Origin: Arcobacteraceae bacterium
GTDB taxonomy: Bacteria > Campylobacterota > Campylobacteria > Campylobacterales > Arcobacteraceae
NCBI GenBank assembly: GCA_965224485.1
Contig: CBDCZH010000002.1
Span: 1 to 17,396, forward strand
Reading direction: 5' to 3'
DNA length: 17,396 nt
The stretch's first letter is position 1, and every line of letters begins with the position of its first letter. A program made the position numbers and the translations under genes. The notes under the pieces are model-generated. The model saw only the letters and a program-made list of their open reading frames with translations, was not told the origin of the DNA and did no database searches. Below are positions 1 through 7,087 of this stretch, one piece after another.

Positions 1-265
1 CAAAGTTTGAACTTTGTCTTGGATTAACAATATAAGAAAGTATGTTTTTTTGAGCACAGAAATGTTTTAGTAAAGAAGAATAAGGACCTGTTGGCTCGTA
101 AATAAATACCAAATTCTTATACTCTTTTTTGTAATATTTTTTGAGTTTAAAATACAAAGAGTTGATAGACTTTTTAGTATTTAAAATACTAATATTCTCA
201 TTTTTAATTTCAATATAAACTTGTAATGTTGACTTAGATACATCAATTCCGATAAACTTATACAT
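1..265 (-). CDS. IS110-family DEDD recombinase/transposase, 5' part (runs off the window start), copy 1
   Basis: ATG at 265 after AGGAGG. Translates MYKFIGIDVSKSTLQVYIEIK...VFIYEPTGPYSSLLKHFCAQKNILSYIVNPRQSSNF with no frameshift. GIDVSK and EPTG are the first two DEDD motifs. Not in the ORF track. Confidence 0.92.
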   Translation of the reverse strand, partial: MYKFIGIDVSKSTLQVYIEIKNENISILNTKKSINSLYFKLKKYYKKEYKNLVFIYEPTGPYSSLLKHFCAQKNILSYIVNPRQSSNF

Positions 266-345
266 GAAGGCCTCCTAATTAATTTTAGAAGAGCTTGTTA
301 GGACAGAGCTTATGCTCTGTCTGATTTTAGAAACTAAATATAACT
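1..345 (-). mobile_element. IS110 copy 1, left end truncated
   Basis: Matches 5026-5246 + 6783-6907 apart from one A. Identity stops at 345, before the bridge-RNA loops seen in copy 2. Confidence 0.88.
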
Positions 346-387
346 GGAACGGTAACTGAATTTCATACACTTTTCTACTTATCCCTA

Positions 388-418
388 AGGATTTCATACC
401 CCTGGGGTAGGAAATCCT
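388..418. repeat. REP-like palindrome, copy 1 (intact IS110 target)
   Basis: AGGATTTCATACCCC-T-GGGGTAGGAAATCCT: 15-bp arms with one mismatch. Same core as 7426-7464 and 7921-7959. Confidence 0.9.
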
Positions 419-567
419 GTACTAATGTACACTCCGCTTTTCAATTCAAGCTCCGCCTTGATTTAACACTAAATCTCAAAATTTCTAAGCGATTAAATAA
501 TTATTAAATTAAAGTCTAATATCCTCTTTATTTCTTTAAAAGTAATAAATTAATATATTTATTTAAG

Positions 568-785
568 GGACATAATGTCTATTTTTTCAGATATTAAGTA
601 ATTAGTGGACATATATGTCCAAATAACCTTGAAATAGGTAGTAAAATTACATTATTTATTTAAGTTAAATATTTGTATAATGCAATAATAAATTCAAATG
701 ATGATATATCCACATTTATTATATTGATAAATTGACATTATTTTGTCTATTAATAATTAATATATAGGTAAAGTGGACAATAATG
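568..785. promoter_or_regulatory. Cluster of GGACA/TGTC(C) motifs and candidate cassette promoter (Pc)
   Basis: GGACATAATGTCT 568-580, perfect TGGACATATATGTCCA 606-621, GACATTATTTTGTC 734-747, AGTGGACAAT 772-781. TATAAT at 676-681 faces the cassettes. Confidence 0.45.
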
Positions 786-787
786 GG

Positions 788-806
788 AATGAATAAATAG
801 TTAGTC
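788..806 (+). other. Putative attI-like recombination site / start of cassette 1
   Basis: GTTAGTC(T) at 800-807 is the exact reverse complement of (A)GACTAAC, which opens the next attC. AAT-N5-GTT spacing fits a simple site. No attC-like hairpin upstream. Confidence 0.6.
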
Positions 807-840
807 TCCAAATATAAACTGATAAAAAAGGAAATAATTA

Positions 841-2268
841 ATGAATGAAGTAATTGTGCAAGAATCAAACATAATCAATATAAATCAGAATTTAGCTAAT
901 CATGAAATCACTTTAGTTGAAGTAATCGATAACTTAGGTTTACCATCAAAAAATGTATTAGTTCCCGTATCAGAAAGAATTCGAGTATTTAAAAACATTG
1001 AAGATGTTGTAATTCAAATTAAACCTGAAATTAGAAAAGACTCATATTATATTTCAAAATTTATTGCAGCAGTATCATCCGGTTTATTCGATGCCGCTTT
1101 AAATTATTTATGGGATGAAACTATTGAAAGCTTAAGAATAAAAGTCTCAAATTATGATATTGACTATTTTTATGACCAAGTCATTACAAATGAAGATAGA
1201 AGAAGGAAATTAACATCTGCTGATGATTTAGTAAACATTATGGATCAAGAATTGATTGAAGGTGCAAGAAAAATCAGTTTAATTTCAGATATTGGATATG
1301 CCCAATTAGATCTAATTAGATTTATGAGGAATCATGCAAGTGCAGCTCATCCAAACCAAAATGAATTAAGAGCAACTCAATTAATTGATTGGATGGAAAC
1401 AGCAATTAAAGAAGTTATTTTGCTTGAAGAACCTCATGTCGCAATTCATATTAAAAGACTTATGTTAAATATAAAAGAAAATAGGATTGAATCAGAACAA
1501 AAAGCTAAAGAAATGGTTTCTTTTATTAAAGATGCACATCAAGAGCAATTGAATAATTTATCAAAAGGTTTTTTTGGTTTATATACGAGAAGTGGAACTT
1601 CCCAAATTGCTTTAGATAATATCAAGTTATTATTACCATTTATTTGGGAGTTAATAACTGATGATATTAAATATTCTTTTGGAATAAAATATAAAAACCA
1701 TGTGATTGAGAATCATATTGAAGGACAGAAAAAATCTAAAGAATTTTTACAAATTTGTGATGGATTAGGCTATTTACCAGAAGATACAATTATATTGGAA
1801 ATTGATGAAACACTTAATAATCTTAAAAGAGCTCATGATACATCAAATAATTTCTATAATGAGCCATCTCATACAAGAATATTAGAAAAATTAGTAATAT
1901 CATCTATTCCAAAAGGGATAGAAAAGAAATATGTTCTAACTCTCCTTTATGTAGCAATTACCAATGGTAATGGAGTTACTTGGGAAGCGGAACCAACTTA
2001 TTTTAAATTAATACAAAATTTTTCAGCAGAACAAGTTTCAATTGCTTTATTATCATTTCGAACTACAGAGATCAATACGAAATTGGTTTATACTCTTTGT
2101 AAAGAAAAGTACTTGGAAATTTTACACTTATTAGAGCCTAAAATTGTTTTAGAACAAGAAAAGGAACTTTTAAAACAAATATTAGAATTTACAGGCTCAT
2201 TTAATAATTTAAAAATTGACACTAAAATAAAGAAACTAGGTGATGGATTAGTAAAATTATTAAAGTAA
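841..2268 (+). CDS. Cassette 1: 475-aa uncharacterised protein with HEPN-like RNxxxxxH motif
   Basis: Long ORF with AAGGA RBS, filling the cassette. Motif MRNHASAAHP in the N-terminal third. The ORF is well supported; the function is inferred. Confidence 0.8.
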   Translation: MNEVIVQESNIININQNLANHEITLVEVIDNLGLPSKNVLVPVSERIRVFKNIEDVVIQIKPEIRKDSYYISKFIAAVSSGLFDAALNYLWDETIESLRIKVSNYDIDYFYDQVITNEDRRRKLTSADDLVNIMDQELIEGARKISLISDIGYAQLDLIRFMRNHASAAHPNQNELRATQLIDWMETAIKEVILLEEPHVAIHIKRLMLNIKENRIESEQKAKEMVSFIKDAHQEQLNNLSKGFFGLYTRSGTSQIALDNIKLLLPFIWELITDDIKYSFGIKYKNHVIENHIEGQKKSKEFLQICDGLGYLPEDTIILEIDETLNNLKRAHDTSNNFYNEPSHTRILEKLVISSIPKGIEKKYVLTLLYVAITNGNGVTWEAEPTYFKLIQNFSAEQVSIALLSFRTTEINTKLVYTLCKEKYLEILHLLEPKIVLEQEKELLKQILEFTGSFNNLKIDTKIKKLGDGLVKLLK

Positions 2269-2279
2269 TTAACTTAAAA

Positions 2280-2408
2280 GACTAACAATTAATTGGAAAG
2301 AACGAGGTAGTAGTAGAAAAACTTTTGGGTTTAATTGTTCGCAAGAGATGAAAACAATTTACTTGAGTTAACCGTTACTTACCTCGTTCCTCAATACCGA
2401 CGTTGTAT
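2280..2408 (+). other. attC site 1 (129 bp)
   Basis: R'' GACTAAC, 5-nt spacer, ATTGGAAAGAACGAGGTA ... TACCTCGTTCCTCAAT (10-bp perfect stem plus unpaired bases), 6-nt spacer, R' GTTGTAT. Begins 11 nt after the stop codon. Confidence 0.88.
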
Positions 2409-2507
2409 CTAAGTTTTAATGAAAATGACAAATCAGTCTCATCTATAGAATTTATATATGCCTATTTTCAAAATTGGAGATTGGTAAATTTAATTCTAGG
2501 ATATATA

Positions 2508-2651
2508 ATGCAAGAATGGTATGATTCAACAAACAAAAAACAAAAGTTACTCATGTGGGGTATTTCAAGTATATTAATTTTAGTATATGCCACAGGACTC
2601 CTACCTTTATCAATACTTACTTATTTAGAATTTGGTTCAAGTAAAAAGTAG
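2508..2651 (+). CDS. Cassette 2: 47-aa small membrane protein
   Basis: AGGA RBS before ATG 2508, preferred over the TTG at 2403, which lies inside attC R'. Hydrophobic segment LLMWGISSILILVYATGLLPLSILTYL. Confidence 0.6.
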   Translation: MQEWYDSTNKKQKLLMWGISSILILVYATGLLPLSILTYLEFGSSKK

Positions 2652-2656
2652 TTTTA

Positions 2657-2815
2657 ATGGCTGATAAAATAGAATTTATTTTTTGGGCAACATTAATACT
2701 ATATATTATAACACTTTTTACAGTACCTTATGTTGGTGTTTATCTAACTTATGTAGCTATCCCTGTTATCGTAATAACAGGATTAATATGTAAATTTACA
2801 GTATGGAAGGATTAA
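2657..2815 (+). CDS. Cassette 2: 52-aa small membrane protein (below ORF-track cutoff)
   Basis: Manual translation MADKIEFIFWATLILYIITLFTVPYVGVYLTYVAIPVIVITGLICKFTVWKD. Starts 5 nt after the previous stop. Two hydrophobic stretches. Confidence 0.6.
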   Translation: MADKIEFIFWATLILYIITLFTVPYVGVYLTYVAIPVIVITGLICKFTVWKD

Positions 2816-2850
2816 AAATTAAGTTGAATTCACTTAATTTTTGATACAAT
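2814..2850 (+). promoter_or_regulatory. TA operon promoter with overlapping inverted-repeat operator
   Basis: AAAAATTAAGT-N7-ACTTAATTTTT (2814-2842) overlaps TTGAAT and abuts an extended -10 TGATACAAT (2842-2850), upstream of the antitoxin. Confidence 0.6.
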
Positions 2851-2879
2851 AATATATAAATAAATTATAGGAGTTCATT

Positions 2880-3137
2880 ATGCAAACAATGGCAGTACAA
2901 ATTCAAGATGACTATGTTCAAAAATTTATGAGTTATGTTAATAGTCATAGTGAAAACATTACTATAGCAAAAGATAAAAATTTAGAACTTGACCCATACT
3001 TTTATGAAAGACAAAAAGAACTGCAACAAGATATTGAAGATATTGATAATGGTAAAGCTGAAATGTTATCATCAGAACAATTTGATACAGAAATGGATAT
3101 TTTTTTTAAAGACTTAAAATCAAATGCACATATCTAA
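2880..3137 (+). CDS. Type II antitoxin (partner of RelE/ParE toxin)
   Basis: 85 aa, acidic, AGGAG RBS, overlaps the toxin start by 14 nt. Confidence 0.75.
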   Translation: MQTMAVQIQDDYVQKFMSYVNSHSENITIAKDKNLELDPYFYERQKELQQDIEDIDNGKAEMLSSEQFDTEMDIFFKDLKSNAHI

Positions 3138-3408
3138 ATTAAGAAGATATAAAAATCAATTAACAATAATTCTAAAACATATTGCAAAAGATAAAATTTC
3201 AGCAAGTGAAAATTTTTATTTTAATCTCAATAAAGCAATAGAAGAAATACCAAATTTTCCCTTTAAATATAGAAAATCAATCTATTTTGATAATGAGGAT
3301 ATAAGAGATATGACCTTTAAAGGCTATACCGTAACTTATAGAATAAATATCAAAAAAGATTTAATTGAAGTAATTAGAATATTTAATAAAAATAAACCGA
3401 CAAGGTAA
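3124..3408 (+). CDS. RelE/ParE-family type II toxin
   Basis: 94 aa, basic. Pattern I...IAKD....A..F...L...I..I..FP...R, IRDMTFKGYTVTYRI, IEVIRIF is typical of the RelE/ParE fold. Confidence 0.88.
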   Translation: MHISKLRRYKNQLTIILKHIAKDKISASENFYFNLNKAIEEIPNFPFKYRKSIYFDNEDIRDMTFKGYTVTYRINIKKDLIEVIRIFNKNKPTR

Positions 3409-3413
3409 GGCAG

Positions 3414-3546
3414 ATACAACAAATCAGAGGAAGAGAACAAGATTACCTTGCGAAAATATCGGGTTTTTATTATATAAAGTCAGATACTTAAAAAATAAAA
3501 TATTTCTTGCCTAAATCCATCTTGTCCCTCACTTCGAGCGTTCTAT
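3414..3546 (+). other. attC site 2 (133 bp)
   Basis: AGATACAAC (3412-3420) is the exact reverse complement of the cassette start GTTGTATCT (2402-2410). 5-nt spacer, ACAAGAT/ATCTTGT stem, 6-nt spacer, R' GTTCTAT 3540-3546. Confidence 0.85.
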
Positions 3547-3700
3547 CTATAGTTTTAAAGATAAATGATAAAGTGAGCATTGTTTTAGTGTAATCTTTCA
3601 AAACTTTTTAAAAAAGTTTAATCAAAATTCAAAAAACTATAATACATCCATTTATAATAGCCAATAAAAATTTGGTAAATTTAAAATTAGGATAAATTTA

Positions 3701-4063
3701 ATGACAGTTACAGTTACAACAAAACAAGAATTAAAAGAAGCACAAGAGTCACATATTGAAAATATAATAGTAATGGGAGAATTAGCAGATAAAATAAAAA
3801 AAGCTCAAAAGATTACAAAACTTGGTAAAGTTGGATTAGCTGTACTAACAACAGCGATAGGTATTGGTGTTGTTACTGCTCCAATGACTGGTGGATTGTC
3901 ATTATTAGCAGCAGCACCAGTTGCTGCTACTACAGGTTTAGGTACTGCTGCAATTATTTCAGCATCTGCTGTAGGTATTGCTTTAATTTTAGCAGTATAT
4001 AAAGGATATGATGAGATTAGTTATGAAAATGGCAAAATTACATTCAGAAGGAAATCAAAATAA
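3701..4063 (+). CDS. Cassette 3: 120-aa Gly/Ala-rich membrane protein of unknown function
   Basis: AGGA RBS. Long hydrophobic Gly/Ala-rich centre with charged termini. TATAAT boxes at 3638-3643 and 3653-3658 and a palindrome at 3601-3619 lie upstream. Confidence 0.8.
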   Translation: MTVTVTTKQELKEAQESHIENIIVMGELADKIKKAQKITKLGKVGLAVLTTAIGIGVVTAPMTGGLSLLAAAPVAATTGLGTAAIISASAVGIALILAVYKGYDEISYENGKITFRRKSK

Positions 4064-4081
4064 TGATAGCACCACAACCAT

Positions 4082-4374
4082 TTAAAAATTACACCCCAGT
4101 TGCCACGTTAAAAACAACTTAAATTAAGCAATATTTTACATATTATCTTCCTTCCATGATACTCTTTTTTCGTAAAGAGTATTGTCGAAGTTTTTATTAT
4201 TTTTAAATAGTGAATGGGCTATTAAAAATTACAAATTACAACCCAGTTGCCACGTTAAAAACAACTTAAATTATGCAATATTTTTCATATTATCTTCCTT
4301 CCATCCTACTCTTTTTTCGTAAAGAGTATTGTCGAAGTTTTTATTATTTTTAAATAGTGAATGGGCGATTAAAA
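4082..4374. repeat. Imperfect tandem duplication (~145-bp unit) of the IS110 right end and transposase 3' end
   Basis: CCCAGTTGCCACGTTAAAAACAACTTAAATTA...GTGAATGGGC occurs at ~4095-4219 and ~4242-4366 with a few substitutions. Confidence 0.9.
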
Positions 4375-5246
4375 TCATTTTCTTCATAACGGCTATTTGT
4401 GCTACTGTTGAATGTTTTCCATTTTCTTTTAAACGATCATAAAAAGCTTTCATATATGGATTACTTCTTATGGCACAAAGTACTGGCATAAAGAATATGC
4501 TTCTATATATCGCATTTCCTTTTTTCGATATTCTTGACTTTCTATTTATTGAACTACCTGATGTTTGTTCAATTGCATCTAATCCTATTAATGCAGTTAT
4601 CTCTTGTCTATTTGCATCTTTATAGGTAATAAAAAGATGTATCAAAGCTATTGATGATAAATCTCCAATACCTTTAATTGATTTCATATTTTCAAATTTA
4701 CACAATAAAATGTCATCTGTTTTTATTAAGTCTTTCATTTGAAGAATCATCTCTTTTTCTTCTTCTTTTAAGTGTTTTACTGTTTTATTAAGTTTTTTAA
4801 TTATTAAGGCATTTCCCTCTTTTACTTCTAAGGATTCTAAATGGTTTGAGAATCCAGTTCGTTGTTTTTGTAGAAGTTTATAATAGCTTAACATCTCACC
4901 TAAACTCTCTTGTCTTTCGTCAATTACAGGGACTTTGATATCTTCACTATTTGCCATAACTCTAAAGTTATATAACATCTTTGCATCTATAATATCACTC
5001 TTACTTCTATTATCTAATGCTTTTGCAAAGTTTGAACTTTGTCTTGGATTAACAATATAAGAAAAGTATGTTTTTTTGAGCACAGAAATGTTTTAGTAAA
5101 GAAGAATAAGGACCTGTTGGCTCGTAAATAAATACCAAATTCTTATACTCTTTTTTGTAATATTTTTTGAGTTTAAAATACAAAGAGTTGATAGACTTTT
5201 TAGTATTTAAAATACTAATATTCTCATTTTTAATTTCAATATAAAC

Positions 5247-6773
5247 CAGCAATTCTAACTCTAAATTTAACCCACCATTCCTTTAATCCAAATACGGAGC
5301 CATCTCTATATTTTCATCTGTTTGTCTGGATATTAGTATAAATTCTAATAATTTATTAAAGCTTTTAAATCTAAACATTGTAGTTAACATATGCATCCCT
5401 ACGAAGAACTCTTCTCTTGTACCTATTTCTTCTCTTACTTCTATATAAAGATCATCAGTTAATTCTTGTACTGTATGAAATAAAAAGGCTAATATATTTA
5501 AAGAGCATAAAGTTTTAGATAAATTCTCTTTTCCATGCCCGAAGTTATGGTCTAAATGATAACCTTTAGTTTTTAAAGTATTATTATTTTCATTTTCTAT
5601 TTTCCATCTTGTTTTACCTGCTAAGGTAATATCTTCAACATTATTTAAATTAATTTTAATATCACTTACAAAGCTATTACGATAGAGTTTTCTTCCACTT
5701 GCATTAGTAATAATAATCTCACACCAGTTTACTTCTTCTGGAGGGTTATTTGTATCACCATTTGGATTTTTAATAGCTAATTTATTTATATAATTATAAA
5801 TAAAAGTTTGTTTTTTACCATTAATCATTTTATCTATTTGCTTACTATCACAAGTACCTAATTCTTTAATCATATCTATTTGTTCATAAAGATATTTATG
5901 AGATGTTTTTTTAGCTACAAATATATATGAATGATTTTTTTCTAATACTTTTTTTATCATAGGTTCTCTTGAATATAAGTCATCACCTAGAATAATTACT
6001 TTATCTGAACTTGGAGCTTTAAATGTATCTAACCATCTTTTAGAAGCATTTACTTCACAATCTTGTTTATCATTTCCATCTTCATTTGATATAAATTCTT
6101 GCATTAAAGGTAATACTTTTTTTATATTAGGATTAACGATTGTAGGTGTTATTACACTATGGAAATAATGAACTTCATGTGTTTCACTATTTGTTTTACT
6201 TTGGCAACATTTACAAGATATATTTTTACTTGAATGGTAATGTGTACCATCTAATGCTACTAGTAAATATTTATCCATAAAAGTAAATTTCTTTTTTAAT
6301 AAACCTATTTTATCTAAGTGAGATATTACAGTATTGTAAACATTTTTAAATACCTCTGGTTTTATTTTATCCATTATATTTCGTATATGATTATCTGATG
6401 GTATATCTGTAATACCAAATATAGTTTTAGCATTACTGCTTCCTTTATTAGTATCCATTTTTCTCTGAAAACTTAACCAAGATTTATTCTGAAAATAAAA
6501 AATACTAAATGTTGATAAGATAATATCTTTAAAAGAATATTTAATATCTTCTCTTTGTCTTCTAGTATCATTAATATTATCTATATTTGAAGTAAAACTA
6601 TCTATTAAAAAATTAAAAATATTTGTTTGTCTATAACTCATATCAACCCCTTGTTTATAGGGTTATTATAGCTAATTTATGGTTTTAGAATGGTTAAAAA
6701 TAGGACTTTTTAAGGTGTTTTTAGGATTTCTTTTTATGAAATTTATTTTTATATTTCAGAGTTAGAATTGCTG
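5247..6773 (-). mobile_element. Nested DDE insertion sequence (ISNCY/IS4-like), 1527 bp
   Basis: Perfect 16-bp TIRs CAGCAATTCTAACTCT (5247-5262 / 6758-6773). 9-bp TSD AATATAAAC (5238-5246 / 6774-6782). The empty site is visible in copy 1 at 212-220. Confidence 0.96.
5283..6641 (-). CDS. DDE transposase (ISNCY-type), 452 aa
   Basis: ALDGT, GDDLYS and RWKIENE give the DDE triad. CKCC and KQDCE motifs present. Fills the TIR-bounded element. Family label is recalled, not searched. Confidence 0.9.
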   Translation of the reverse strand: MSYRQTNIFNFLIDSFTSNIDNINDTRRQREDIKYSFKDIILSTFSIFYFQNKSWLSFQRKMDTNKGSSNAKTIFGITDIPSDNHIRNIMDKIKPEVFKNVYNTVISHLDKIGLLKKKFTFMDKYLLVALDGTHYHSSKNISCKCCQSKTNSETHEVHYFHSVITPTIVNPNIKKVLPLMQEFISNEDGNDKQDCEVNASKRWLDTFKAPSSDKVIILGDDLYSREPMIKKVLEKNHSYIFVAKKTSHKYLYEQIDMIKELGTCDSKQIDKMINGKKQTFIYNYINKLAIKNPNGDTNNPPEEVNWCEIIITNASGRKLYRNSFVSDIKINLNNVEDITLAGKTRWKIENENNNTLKTKGYHLDHNFGHGKENLSKTLCSLNILAFLFHTVQELTDDLYIEVREEIGTREEFFVGMHMLTTMFRFKSFNKLLEFILISRQTDENIEMAPYLD

Positions 6774-6863
6774 AATATAAACTTGTAATGTTGACTTAGA
6801 TACATCAATTCCGATAAACTTATACATGAAGGCCTCCTAATTAATTTTAGAAGAGCTTGTTAG

Positions 6864-6883
6864 GACAGAGCTTATGCTCTGTC
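6864..6883. terminator. Hairpin between bridge RNA and recombinase RBS (possible 3' boundary)
   Basis: GACAGAGC-TTAT-GCTCTGTC perfect 8-bp stem, also at 302-321. No clear U-tract, so the role is uncertain. Confidence 0.4.
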
Positions 6884-6899
6884 TGATTTTAGAAACTAA

Positions 6900-7074
6900 A
6901 TATAACTTCACCTCGCAAAATGCAATCTGGAAATATATCCGACTTAGTTGCCACTCAAGTTTTTAATTTAGCTATTAAACTGGGGTACAGACTCATTCAA
7001 TAATTATTAAATGGTCTCAGGGGTACATCAATATACTAAAATTGACTCTTCTTTTTATTATAGCTTATTGCTAT
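6900..7074 (-). ncRNA. IS110 bridge RNA (predicted)
   Basis: Downstream of -10 TATAAT (7085-7080): a 5' hairpin (7060-7074), then a target loop with UACCCCU (7025-7019) and UACCCCAG (6987-6980) around an inner stem, then a donor loop with GUGGCAACU (6954-6946) identical to the right end plus core. Ends approximate. Confidence 0.85.
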
Positions 7075-7087
7075 ATTCCATTATACA

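Larger units (their letters stand above)
4271..6827 (-). pseudogene. IS110 recombinase copy 2, disrupted by nested IS and a 1-nt insertion
   Basis: ATG 6827 (MYKFIGIDVSK), interrupted at 5247-6773, continues with YEPTG, KSDIIDA, SIKGIG and GLDAIEQTSGSS (catalytic Ser region). GAAAAG at 5061-5066 versus GAAAG in copy 1 shifts the frame. Confidence 0.9.

Noticed and set aside
420..790. Integron integrase gene upstream of the array
   Set aside because: No ORF or tyrosine-recombinase motif is visible on either strand.
2403..2507. N-terminal extension of the 82-aa ORF
   Set aside because: The TTG lies in the attC R' box with no RBS. ATG 2508 has an RBS shared with the cassette 3 leader.
5049..5083. 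Programmed ribosomal frameshift in the IS110 gene at the A7 run
   Set aside because: Copy 1 has the same A7 and is in frame. The shift comes from one extra base in copy 2 (mutation or sequencing error).
5049..5252. 67-aa ORF as an independent gene
   Set aside because: It is an internal fragment of the IS110 recombinase with a chance TTG start inside the nested IS terminal repeat.
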